Part shown: positions 36,511 through 49,300 of the stretch, in pieces
Layout of the letters: each line of letters opens with the position of its first letter
How positions within the stretch are numbered: the first letter of the stretch is position 1
Assembly: GCA_965178125.1 (NCBI GenBank)
Contig: OZ237767.1
Location: 62,001-126,000 of the forward strand
Direction: 5' to 3'
Origin: Bilabrum cf. latius
Lineage: Eukaryota
Length of the DNA stretch: 64,000 nt
The notes under the pieces: generated by a model
Told to the model about the DNA's origin: nothing
The model's input: the letters and a program-made list of their open reading frames with translations, nothing else
Database searches by the model: none
Translations under genes and position numbers: made by a program

Positions 36511-39500
36511 TTATCCCAGGAACGAGTCCATCATCTCGCCGACATCTTGCTGTCCCCCTTGGAGCCCAGATTTCCTCGCAACTGCCAGCACCCCATCATC
36601 CGATGGGCTGTCCGAGACTGGCACGGACACCTTAGTCACCACCGTGGTGTTTGTTCCCCGGGGAACAGTGGCAGGGTCAAGCTCTGCCACCACCCGCACG
36701 ACGATCGGCCCCCCCGAGGGGCACGCGACCCCTGTTCCCTGGCCCGCGATGAGCGTCCTGGCCCCCGAGTCCACGTCGATCTGCTTGGATAGCGCGCGGT
36801 TGGGGGTCGTGCAGTCGGCCGTGACCTGCACCAGCACCCTCGCCAGCCCGCCGTAGGTCCCGCAGGACTCGCTGCCCGGCTGGCACTTGCAGGCCGGGTC
36901 TCCGCTGCCGACGCCCAGCACGCGCCCGGGCCCCGACTCGATCGTGGCGCTGACGTTGGCAACCGCCGTGCTCCTCAAGCTGCCCTGCCCGTCGGCGAGC
37001 ATGACCCGGAGCAGGGCAGTGTCCTCTCCATCGAGGAGCAGGGCGGTGCCGGTCCCCGAGGCGGGGCTGGGGACGTCTGTAATACCCATAAGTAGCGTGT
37101 CATTTCCAGAAGGCGCGAGGACGGTGTGCCGTGACTCCACGGTGCTGCCGTCCCCGGCCAGACCCAGCACGGTGAGGTTCGCGATCGAGTTGCCCGGTGC
37201 CATGGGCCTGCCGCCACCGACCCAGGGGCCCTGTGCGCTGGGCCCGCACTGGTTCTGCTGCACATTGCCGGCCCAGCAGCCGTGCGTGTCGGACCACTGC
37301 CACACGGTGCAGCCGGGCAGCTCGCAGCACTGCGTCCTGCACGTGGCCGTGCCGTTGGCGTCGTCGATCTTCTTCAGGCCGTGGCACTGCACGTTCGACA
37401 GGTTCGTAGGGAACACGCACTGGCTTGGGACTGGCTCGACAGGCACATGCCAGCTGGACATCTGCACCTAGTCTGGGTACGTCTGGCTGGCCGTGGGCAG
37501 CTTGCCCATGCTCTTCCCGTCTGCGAGGAGCTCGGCGAAGGCACTCGTGCTGATGGCCCGGACGTTTGCCACGACTCCTCCACTGATTGACCCGGGCTCG
37601 ATGGCGAGCTAGTCAGGCAGATCCAGGACCCTGGTCAAGTTGGCAGCAGGCTGCAGCGGCTTGCCCGGGTCCGTGCTGGGCCGCTTGTGGAGCCAGTTGG
37701 CCCTGTACCAGAACGCGTGCGGCTTGGGCATCCCTGCGATGTCGAACTGGCCGTACGGACTGCTCACCTGCGGCCAGCTGTGAGACTCGCCGTAGTAATC
37801 GAAGCTGGTCCAGACCCCGAGGGAGCCGAGCACGTAGGGAAGCAGGCCAGGCGAGTTCTGGTCCTCGATGCAGTCTGGCAGCATGCGGCTCCCAGACGGC
37901 AATCTCTGGCTGGTGCAGGAGCAGCACTCTGAAAGCACCTGGGGAACACCGGGGTGGTCCTGATGGAAGCTCGCGAAGGTCTTGTTCCCCGAATGGGAGT
38001 GTCCCTGGACGTCGATTCCGTCCGTGTTTCCGTTGGCAGCAGTGAGCAGGTGAGGGGCAAGCGCCTTGGAGACGTTCCTGAAGGAGAGGCCCGTGGTTGG
38101 CTGGCCGCTTCCGCACGCGTACTCGTTGCAGTACCCGGCCATCACGATGGAGGGCCTGTTCCTGTCTCTCTTCACCATGGCGTGCATGCCGGGGAGGTAG
38201 CTGAACCCCTGCACCCCGAACGGCGCCTCGCTGCTTGACGGCCCGAACACTCCATAGTCCCTGTGCTCGTCCCACATGACCATTCCGATCCTGTCGGTCA
38301 GCTGGTACAGCTCACGCCGGTAGGGGTTGTGTGAGTTCCTCCAGATGTTGGCGCCCATGGCCCTGGCCTGCTGCACCCTGTACAGCTCGAAGCGGGGGGA
38401 CAAGGCCGTCCCCAGCTGCGTGAAGGAGTTGTGGTGGGAGAATCCCCTGAGCTTGAAGGCCTCCCCGTTCAGGACCAGGCCCTCCGTCAAAGAGGCAGAC
38501 ACGGTCCTGAACCCGACCTCCTCCGAGTACATGTCCATCGCGCCGGCGTCCTCAGGCCGTTGAGACGCGGGCAGCCCACCGGTGGTGGAAGGTGCGACTG
38601 TGGCGTTGACTAGGTACAGCCCGACCGTGTCGCGCACGGACCAGGCCTTCAGCACGCCGGGCGCGAGTGACACGTTCGCGCGGAGCACAGTTGTCATGGG
38701 TCGCCAGCCGTCCAGCACCGCAATCGATCCGGCTGCGTTCGGCTGCGACGGCGGCACGGCGACACTGGTGCTGAAGCTGCCGAGGAGGGGCCCGTCCACG
38801 CTGGAGACAGACAGCGTGACGTGCACTTCCGCGGGGTCGCTGCCGTGGTTCTCCAGCTCAACTGACACGGGAACCACCACGTCCTGAGCACTCGTCACGC
38901 CGTGATCACTCGTCACATCGAGCTCGGGAGAGGCGAAGAGGCCTCCCTCCACCACGTGCACCGGGGGGGCCCTCACCAGCTGCACACCGCGGTACATGCC
39001 GGCGCCTTCGTACCAGTGCCCGGAGCCGAAGGATCCATCCACGCGGACGGCCAGCACGTTGGGCTGGGAAGCGCCGTACCGCAGTGCAGAGCAGTTGTCC
39101 AGCCGGACGGTGAACTCCGAGTACCCGCCCTCCTGGGAGCCGTGCTGGCCGAGGTACTGCCCGTTCAGCCAGATCTACGAGAGGTGAAATATGCCTTCGA
39201 ATCGGATGAATATCGTGCTGTTGAACCCTGCAATGGACGGTCGCCATTCCTCGGGCATGACGAACTGCTTTCTGTACCACCCGGTCGAGTTGCGAGGCAC
39301 AAACCCGTGATGGGTGTCAGTGATGTCGGCGAACGTAGAATTCCGAATCAGGAAATCGTGCGGAGCATCGACGCTTTCCCATGTTTCCGCCTCTGGGACG
39401 TCTTCCTGAGCCCACGGGTAGTCGGTTCGGATCGGCTGCTGGGCCTGCTCGATGCTTCGCGTGCCGCCGAACGGAAAATCTTGGTTGCCGGTCGTGTCCA

Positions 39501-39876
39501 ATGACGATGGAGAGCACTAATATCCTTTGAACCCCCAAGCGCAATGCCTCGAACTAGGGTTCATCTGCCAGGCGAGACAGCTCGGCTCATACGCGCAGCC
39601 AGTTGCACAATCCGATGGCGTGAAGCGATTCTCGTTGGCCATCAACGGCGATCCATCCGCCTGATAGCACGAGAGTCCGGATATGTTCTTCCAGTACCCT
39701 TCAAATATGCTAGGCGAATCGCCATATGGTCCCGGAAGGCAATTTGGGTTTGACGGATCAGTCAGAGCGTCGCAATACTGGAATCTCCACCCGTACTGGA
39801 AGGGGATCGTTTCGCGCGACACATCCCCTGCAAAACTATACTACACGGCAGCTACTACTAGCACAAGGGCAATCAT
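36511..39876 (-). CDS. Secreted glycoside hydrolase family 2 (beta-galactosidase-like), 1,121 aa, with two Cys-rich PAN/apple-like inserts
   Basis: Single frame with five TAGs (39841, 39517, 39175, 37609, 37468) and a TAA stop. Signal peptide MIALVLVVAAV*YSFAG. GH2 motifs GWYRKQF, FEGIF..*IWLNG, WYEGAGMYR, MGANIWRNSHNP, RDRNRPSIV..CNE (acid/base), SEC (nucleophile region) and WTSFDYYGE. Confidence 0.93.
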
Positions 39877-40047
39877 CCCTGCAAACTGTCAGATCTGCAC
39901 CCAAATTGGGAAGACCAGTCTGTATTGACATTAAACACGCGTTACATACTAAATAGCTTCATCTTTATTTAATGTATCCACTCGTCACATGGACATTCGT
40001 GGTCCAGGGGTGGGTCTGATTTTTCCGCCTCATAACCACAGCACAGG

Positions 40048-42526
40048 ATGGCGGCAACAGCTGATAACAAACCTTCCCTGGCCCATAAACCATCCGTGTC
40101 TAGAATACGCTACTCTAACCGGAACCTTGAGGTCAACGAAAGGAAGCGTACCTCTGCAAGCTCTGCAAAAGGCTCAGGATGTGACAGCCTTGCGCTCGCT
40201 GGGATTATTGCTGCTGCCATGCTTGTTGCAGTGATTATCGCGATGGCAGTAGTATACACCAACGATGAGGATTCGCCTTTATCGTTTCAAGTGGATAGAA
40301 GCTTCAACCCGTTCGCGGATACCGAGCAGGCCTTCTGCACTGCCGACTTTGTGGCGGCAAGCGGGTTCAACTAGAGGCAGCACTACGCCCGGCTTGAGAT
40401 TGGAACCGTAGCTGACGGAGAGACTCTCTCTTGTGATAGTGTAGCATCGATCAACAATGCGACCGCCGTTGCCCTGGGTGTATTGCCGTCCCAGGTGCTC
40501 CTCGTCGCAGAGCAAGTGGCGGAACCTGCAACCCGGCGCCTTGTTGGGCGCAAGACGCAGCAGAGTGACCGCCGCAGGCGTCTGCTTCATCTTCTATTTG
40601 CAATGAACCTGCAGGCCGCAGAGTCGATCGCGGCGAGCATCGATTCCGCGACAGCGGCCACCGTGCAGGCATCTCTGCAACTGGCCGCAACTGGCGCCGG
40701 CATCCCGGTTGCCACGGCAGAGTTCAGTGTGCAGATACCCGACACGATCGGGACAATATCAGGCGTACCGTCGAGCAGCCCTTCTGTGTCGCCGGTGAGA
40801 TCGTGCATTGCATTGCATTGTATCGCATTGCTCGCGACTCTCCCCAAGTTTGCCTGTCAATTCGATCGTGCCTCCCTGTGCGACCGCCCGCAAGGTCTCG
40901 ACTCGTCTCGCGACGAGGCGTTGCGGTGCAGTGCAGTGCACAGCGGAGCGTGAACTTGGGGTGGATTGCATTCATGCTGCTACGCATGCGTAGTTTTCGC
41001 GCTCTCTTTCGCAGTCCCCGTCCACGACGCCGTCTACCTCCGGTTCGACCAGCCCCACCCCCAGCACGTCGCCGACGCCCACAGCCAGTGTCACGGCCAG
41101 TCCAAGCAACAGCCCCACGCCCAGCATCACGGCTAGCTCCAGCAGCACTCCCACCCCCAGCACGAGCAGCAGCCCCTCCGCCAGCCCCACGCCTTCCAAC
41201 TCTGCAAGCCCAAGCCCGACACCCTCGGCTTCGCCCAGCAGCTCGCCCGTCCCGATCAACCTGCTGCTAGGGGACCACTTCCCGGGAGCCGACGACGCGA
41301 TCGCGGACGAGGAGAGGGTGGCTGCTGGCCAGGGCTCCAACGGCTACTATTTCACCCTTTAGTACGGCGAGTTATCCGACCGGTTCCTGTACAGGTGCAC
41401 GGGGAACAGCACTAGGGGCAGCCAGAACCGCCCGTCATGTGCCCGCGTGGGCGATTTCTGGGAGGGCTACCACTTCACGGTGCTGGGGAACAAGACGTTT
41501 TTCTCTGGTTCGAGTGACTCCGAGGGGGGCACCTATGGGAGGGAGCTGTACGCGTGCGAGGGGGATGACGAGTGCGGTCTCGTTCTGGATATCGAGCCCG
41601 GGATCTTCGGCGCGCCCGTGGACGAGATGGTGGCGGTGGGGGATCGAGTGTGGTTCGCTGCAACCAATGGGGACTTCGGATCGGAGCTGTGGTCGTGCTT
41701 CGAGAACGGCACCTGTCAGGCCCATGACCTGGTGCCTGGTTCCGTCGGCTCCAGCCCGATGAATCTGGCCGCGATCGGAGACAGGCTTTACTTCAGCGCG
41801 ACAGGGCCTTCGTCCAACGGGCGGGAACTGTGGTCCTGCGGGGTCAACGGTGCCTGCGCGATCGTGGCAGATATCCGAGCTGGGTCTAGCAGCAGCTCAC
41901 CGGCCTTCTTGACCGAGTTTAACGGAGAGGTATGGTTCAGGGCTAATGACGGTACCAGCACCGGCATGTGGAAGTGCACGATGGGTGATGTGTGCAGCAA
42001 GGTGAATGACACCATCTCGATCCCTGCTCATAGCTCGACACCGCCGTTTGTCGTGTTCGCTGGCCGGCTGGTGTTCGCTGGGAACGAGGGAGCGTTCGGC
42101 ACGGAGCCGTATTCGTGCACTGCGGCCGGAGACTGCGCGATCATGACGGACATTCGCCCCGGCACTAGCACATCCAACCCCAATGAGTTCACAGTGGCGG
42201 GCGACCGGCTGTACATGCAAGCCTCACCGCCGGGTTTCATCTCGCTGGTCAGCTGCGGCACCGACTTCCAATGCGCACAGCACCCGAACTCGCGCTTCAA
42301 CGCTAGAAACCTGCAAGCATTCAAAGGGGAGGTGTTCATGTCGGCCAACAGGTTCGGCAACGAGCCCGTGAGATGTGACGCTATTGGCTGCGAGGCTGTG
42401 CAAGACGTAAACCCAGGGTCCGCGGGAAGCAGCTGGCCGCAGTTCTACCCCAGCCAGGACGCATTGTACCTGACGGCGGAAGTTGCGGATAGTGGCAGGG
42501 AGTTGTACTCGTACGTGGAGGTATGA
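40048..42526 (+). CDS. Type II membrane protein with a Ser/Thr/Pro stalk and C-terminal ELWxxDGT-like repeats (about 752 aa)
   Basis: N-terminal TM segment LAGIIAAAMLVAVIIAMAVVY, TAGs at 40372 and 41360, a phase-0 intron 40795-41014, repeats G.ELW/Y..C....C....DI.PG..SSP, and a TGA stop. Confidence 0.85.
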
Positions 42527-42662
42527 TATTTGCCACCGGATCCGCAGTCGGGCGCGGTAACGGAGGTGCGTGCGGGCGAGCTCGACGCGCGGCTCAGCGG
42601 GCTGCGGAACCGGCCACTGGCAGGCTCATGGGGCAAACTGCAACAGACATTGTAGGAGCGCA

Positions 42663-45600
42663 ATGGACAGTGAATTCGATGGTCTTTTGATTCTGTGTGG
42701 TCACCGTCGCACTGATGATTCAATTTCACTGTCAGATGACGAGGTTCAGGAGTTTCGCAGCCGTGCTCACCTTTGGGGCCTGCTGGGCCTGATCACGCAG
42801 CATGATACGGGCTCACCCACAGGTCATTAGGGTATCGACGAGTGCATCAATGTACTTTTTAGTGTTTTTGATCGTGTCCGGCAACACAATGTGGCAGGCG
42901 TGAGTTGTAGATCCGTGCAGTAGAGCCATGCGCTGCCTCCCGCCGAGTCAGCAGCTCGCCACAACACCGTGCGGTTCACGGCGACCAATTCCGTACGTTT
43001 CGCAGGAATCGTTTTCAAGCAGGGACGTACATGGCGCAGCACTATCGGTAGATGTTTCGGTGTCGCTGTCTGGCGTGCATGAGACCTTGAACCTGCGACT
43101 GGCAGATTTGTGGCGAACGTACCTTCCAATGGCAATCTGGATGCTGCGTCAAACTGGCTCTGATCCTTACTGGCAATCCCAGGAAGGTAAAACAAGCTCG
43201 GTGCCGCCGCCAGTCAGCCCTATTCGCCCAGCCTCCCCCGGGGCAAGCAAGACGGCCACCCAAAAGAGGCGCGTGATGATCGGGCTGTGCGGCCCCGCCG
43301 GCAGCGGGAAGACCTTCTTGGCCCAGGTTCTTCGCATCGTTGTGAACGCATACCACGCCGTGGGAACCGCACGCCTTGGTGCCTCAGGTGCGACGGGCGA
43401 CTCGGAGGGGGAAGCGGCACCCTCGACATCGTCGGCTGGTCCCGCGGTGGGCCGCCCGCACTCGTCACACCCTGACCACGGCGACGTGTGCGTGGCTGTC
43501 AGCATGGACGCGTACCACTACCCCAACGCCCGCCTCGAGGCCACGCCCCTTGCAGTGCAATGCGGTGCATCTGAAGAGGCGCTGCAAGCAGGAGCCGACC
43601 ATGAACCGTCGGATGAGGCTGATCTGGCTGCTAGTGGACATGCGCAGAGGGTCGCGGCGGGCGACGAAGGAAGGGACGCAGGCAGCGGAAGCAGGCCCGC
43701 CGCAGCTGCTGGATCAGGCACCTTTGCTTCCTCCTCCTCCACCTCCTCCTCTCCGAGCTCTCTCCGGAGGTACAAGGGCAGGCTGGACACGATCGACGCC
43801 CCGGCCTTCGCAGCCGACCTGGTGAGGGTCAGTCAATCGGTTGCAACCGATGTGACCCTGCCCGAGTACGACAGGGGTGTGCATGACCCGGTGCCTGGCC
43901 GAGTGCTCGTGCAGCCTTGTCACAGGGTGGTCATAGTGGAGGGGCTGTACCTGCTGGTGGGCGCCGGGGAGGCGGAGAACGATGTGGATAATGGTTATGA
44001 TGACGGCGATGGTGACGAGGAGATGAAGCAGACAAGCACGAATGAGGACGGTGTGACACCAGGTTCCGCAGAGAGCGGTGCCGCGCAATCAGGGCACGAA
44101 GGATCCACAGCAGCGCACAGCAGCCAATCCACGGCGCCGGTTCCGCTACTGGGCTCGGGCTCCGCCTACCGCCGGCAGTGGGGCAAAGTGTGGCGGCAGC
44201 TGGACGGTGTTGTCTACCTCGCGGTCCCGGAGGCCATCCGCCGCGCGAGGGTGGTTCGTAGGAAGGCGGGCGGCGGCAGGCGCGTGATGGACGCGGAGTA
44301 GCACTACCTGCGCGTGGATCTGCCCACCGGAATGGCGCTGGAGAGCACTGGCCTGGCCCTCGCCGATGCCGTGGTCGAACAGGACGGGTCGGGCAACGCG
44401 GTGCGGGCGGTGCGGGTGCAGCAGGGGCTGCCGGGCACAGGGGCAGAGGCTGTAGTTAGCAGGGATGGTAGTGTGACGAGTGATGCAGTTGGTGTGACGA
44501 GTGGGAGTGGGCGCGGGGTTCTGTTCCTGGGGCCCTCTCCTGCCCTGCAGCGGCAGATGCTCCTGCATCCAGGGAGCAACGGTCATTTCGGCTCCGAGTC
44601 GCACCAGCCGCAGCAGCAGGTGAGACGGGCGCAGTGGAAGGGCCTGCAGGTCGGGGGCAAGGGGCAGAACGCCGCCGCTGCTCTTGCCTCCGTGCCTGAC
44701 CTGGCGCAGAGTGCGGGGCTGGTCACTGCCATGCAGCCGCTGGGCGGGCTGGCGGGCGAGCAGGCGCTGCGCATCCTCGGGAAAACCAAGGGGCTGCAGG
44801 TGGTGGTACCCGGGGCAACCGACCGCGCTACTGATGTGGACGCCGGCGCCGTGTGTGACGAGTGGGAGACCCGGACGTGCGTGACTGTGCTGGAGGCAAC
44901 CCAGGCTGGCCGTGGCAAAGCCAAGGCAGGGAACAGGAACCGCAGCGATGGCGCCCTGCGGGTGACCGAGCTGGTGGAGGAGTCGGCTCCGATGCCCAGA
45001 GAACACGTGAAACTGCTTTCGGAAGCAGCAGTCGCCGCCTGCACCGGGGGCGACGAGAAGGATGAGGGGGGTTCGATGAGACGTCCTCCCAGCGTGCTGG
45101 CCCTCTGCGGCAGCGTGCCTACCGGCTGCCAGGGGCTCTACCAGGAGGTCTGCGAGGCGGTTGCGGAACATAGAAGGCGCCGCGCATCACCGCTCGCTTC
45201 CAAGGGGACTCACTAGATCCATCCACCGGTGGATTGGGTGGTCATGGACAGCAAGGGGCAGGCGGCCGAGGAATCCTTGTGGACGGGGGCCGTGGACGCG
45301 ATCAAGTGCAACTTCGAGGAGCTGTGTTCCCTGGCGGGGGATGCGACTGCCCGGATCATGGCCAGTAGGCACAGCGGCAGCTTTGAAGGGTCAGCAGCAG
45401 CCGGCAAGGCGCCTGCAACAGGTGCAGGCTCACCACCTACCGCGGGGACGGGGCCAGCGCCTCCAAGCGCCGACACATCCGCCGCCGCCACAGTGCGCGC
45501 CGCATTGGGGCTTGGACCAGACGCGAGCGGTGCACTGGGCGGGGGCGCGTCTCGGCTGGACCACGCGAAGGAGTGCGCCAATGCCCTCCACCGGCGGCAC

Positions 45601-46134
45601 GGAGTCAAGCTCGTGGCCGTGACGGACGGGCCCAGGTCCGCGTACTTGTTCCAGTTTGAGAACGCCACCAGCGGCTCTGCGGATGGCGAGGCATCGGCGC
45701 CGCGCACGACGGTGTTCCGCATGCCCACTCTAGGGGTCCTCCTCCAAGCAGCACGCGATCTGGCAGGAACAGGGACGGGGGCAGGCGGGGCCGTTCTCGA
45801 CCTCGGGGCCGGGGAGGAAGCCGCCAGGAAGGCCCTGGGAGACGCGATGGCAGGAAGTGCTTCCGGTGGTGGCAAGCACGGAGCTCCGGCTGCTGCCGAT
45901 GTTCCCTGCGGATCGCCGATCGGGGCCGGAGACGCTGTGTGCGGGGTGATGTGCGGTGCGCTTGCGGCTGGCCTCGGAGCCGTGGATGCGTTCCGACTGG
46001 GCCTGGCGGCTGGCTGCGCTTCTTGCCTGCGGGTGGAGATGGGCAACGTCGGAAGCGTCGAGCTGCGTGCTGCTCTGGACCTGGTGAGGGCTGTCGCCTG
46101 GAAGGAGACCGTTGTGGACGGGAGCGGTCTGTGA
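42663..46134 (+). CDS. Fusion of a P-loop kinase (uridine/pantothenate kinase-like, YggC/Yfh7 type) with a PfkB-family sugar kinase (about 1,120 aa)
   Basis: Intron 42900-43005; TAGs at 42828, 44299 and 45214. P-loop kinase motifs GLCGPAGSGKT, SMDAYH, PEYDRGVHDP and VEGLYLL; PfkB motifs GGKGQNAA, VTDG and PIGAGD. TGA stop. Confidence 0.85.
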
Positions 46135-46359
46135 ATCCGGATCGGTTCGTCTAGCCTACATCGGATCGGATGGGAGACCATTTTGAATGGGCCTCGGTTG
46201 AACTTTGGTGTTGTTTTGACTGTAAATTGTATTGTCTTGCTGTTTTAGATTAGTTCTGCCTTGTCAGAGAACCCATCAAGACCAAGAGGGTACGTACTGG
46301 ATCCATATAAATGGATAGCTCTCCAATGCTACCCGCTCAGGATTTACGGCGGGACTTCT

Positions 46360-49300
46360 TTAAATAATACTGTCACCACGGGATTGGCGACTACTTTCAT
46401 TCCCTTCGTCACTGTGAAGTGACTGGGAGGACAGCCCCGCACCTCGCAAAGGCGTCAACACGTGCCTCGGTGTTGGGCAAGCTGCGGCACCGTGCTGCAC
46501 GTCAGCCTCCGAGCGAGCAGAGACTGACGCAACCGAACCAATAGTGCCCCCGCTCACTAGGGCCGTTCCATGCAGCGCACCATACCGAGCATCCTGGTCG
46601 GACGACTCTGAAATAGGAGAAACTGCCAGATTTGGCGTACCTACCTAAATTGTTGAAGTGCTCAGCTGCTGCATGCCACTCCCAAATATCGGATTTCGGC
46701 TGCCAATGCTGCCCCACGCTGTGACCGAGTTTCGCAAGCTGCCACCAGAGCTGAGCGTGGCACCTGGCAGCGTTTTCCTGGCAGCGTGGATCCTGTCTCT
46801 GCGGGACGAGCCCAAGTGCAGCTGAACCGGATTGCTCGTGGCAGTGTCAGTCTTGGGCCCGATGATCTTGGGTCCGCTTGTGGCCAAATCCGAATCTGAC
46901 AGCTCCAGCTGACTCAGCAAGGAACTGAGCACATGACGCAGTAGGTTGGCCGCCGTGAAAAAGAGAGCGATCAGCACCACCAGCGACCGGCCCCCGAACA
47001 CACTCGATGACAGCGATATAACCACGATCTGAAGCGCAAACTGCACCAGGTCCTCGGATACCAGCTGTCCGATGCTGAGCATGCGCACCCGGTGCGAAAG
47101 CATTCTTTTTCTCGCGATGTCCAACTAGCTCTCCGTCCCGTATAAGCTGAGCGCTTCCAACCCGAACATGTTGGAAGTCATCAGCTCGAGCGACTTTAGC
47201 CCGAACAGAGCCAGGAACGACGTAGCTGCCACAATACTCCAGTGCTTGCTCATGTGCTCGCGCATACCTTCTACCCTCCAAAACTGAAGCAGCGCCACGA
47301 TCAGGAACACGTTCAGCACCACGGCTCCGCCCACGGACCCAAGTCCGATGAGCACTAGCCCAGGCCTCTCGCACCACCTCTCCTGCGCCAGCTGATACAC
47401 GAACCCAACATCGCTCAAGACGTCTGCAATCTACATGCCGGTTCCTGCGAGCGTCATGGCCCCAGACAGCTTCACTTGACCCACGGCAAGTAACGACGCC
47501 GCTGCCACCGCGCATAGCGCGAACAGCACCAGCGTCCCTATCGCGAAAGGGCGGGTATCCGAGGTCACCACCGGGCAGCTCAAGTCCAGCTCGGGCACCT
47601 GCCAGGCCCCCGGGTAGCACCTGCATGGATATGCCATGGGGGCACCCGCAGACAGCACAATGGTCAGTCCTGCCGTTGAATTGAACAGCACTTCTCCCCT
47701 AGTACCACCCGTCTGCAACACTCGTGGGCGTGCCGCTCCGGCGAATGGTTTCTACTGTAGCCTCGACGCGTGGGGGTGCGTCAGCGTCACCTGACCCAAT
47801 CTCCTTCTCCCCCCGGCATCTACTCGCCTCGTTATAGCCCTCGCGATGAGCCTCTCATCGGCGAGCTGACGCAGGGCCAGGGCATCGACAGGGGCGAGAG
47901 CCGGGTCCTAATCCACCAATGGATTGTCTCCGGCCATGCCGGGGTCCACTGCCCCGAACTATAGCAGGACTTTGACCCGGCCGGCCTGCGCATCGTCTCC
48001 CCGAATGCCTGCTACAGCCAGCCGGTCGGACCAGCCGCTTCCAATGAGACCCACTGGCAGTCCGTGGGTCCCTCTAATTCCCTGGAAATCGGCAGCATCT
48101 GCCACAGCCAGCGGCACTGCTCGCAGCAGAAGAGCATCGTCTAGCACAGGCACGTCTGGAGGTCCTTGCTTGCCAAGAAGCCGACCGATGATGGTCACTT
48201 CAGCGTGTGATTTGGCACCAAAACTGATCCGCACAGGGATGGCAGTCGGGGTTGCGCTGGGCGAAGCTGACGTGGATGGAGTTGGGGTGGCCGGTGGAGT
48301 CGGGCTGTTGGAGGCGGACGCACTTGAGGTGCTGCTTGGGGTCGGCGAAGCTGATCGCGTGCTGCTGGGCGTAGGCGTGCTGGTAGCACTGGTGCTGGGG
48401 GTCGCTGTGGCTGTTGGCGTGCTGCTGGGGACAGGTGTTGGCCTGGCAGTCTCGTTATACTACCACAGCATCCTTCTTGATGTGCTAGCGACGCCCCCTT
48501 CGGCCTTAATCTCGGTTCTTGCACTGAAGTATAGGAGCGGCTCATCAGCACTTTCTGGTTGGAAGAAGGCGAAGTAGCTCGGGTTTGATGATTCGGACCC
48601 ATACCATACATCAGCGGCCAGCATGGGAAAACTCTCCTGAGTCTCGTCCCACAGCAGCAGCTCAGATCCGAAGTATCCTTCCACATCCGGGCTGCCCAGC
48701 GTGCTGGAGAAATACACAGCTTTGGATGGCGTACCGTCCGGTCGCGGCTTCACTATAAGGTCCAAGACTGACGACGCGGTTGGAGAGATGACTGCGGGGC
48801 TGGCGGTCCGGTCTGCAAGCGTTGCAAGCGACAAGTAATTCTCAGCCAGGGAACCCGATCGTGGAGGAACAACTAGAAAATAAAACCAGTCGCCGTCCGC
48901 ATCCGCAATAAAATTAGGGAACGTGTAAGCTTCCGATACGTTGAGCGGCTCCCTGCCGTCCAAGCCTCCCCTGAAGAACAACTAAGGCTGCTGTGGGCTC
49001 GCACCTGGCCCGGTCTCCCCCTCTGCGAGCATATAGAGCCTCAGTCGGCTGTCTTGTCCAATGCTTCCGTCTGACACGGTAAATAGAAGAAACGAAGAGC
49101 CGTTAGCAGCGCGCATCACGGTCATATCCCTTGGAGTCGACGACGATGTGCCTGGAGCGATTTCGATCAGTTGCACGCCTCCAGTGCCGTTGTAACAGTA
49201 CAGCTCAGATCCAGCAAAAAAAGACGTTGCCTGGAAGAACAGCTTATCATCAAATACGACGAGGTCCGATGGGCTGCCACTGTCCCGGGGCCAAACGGAC

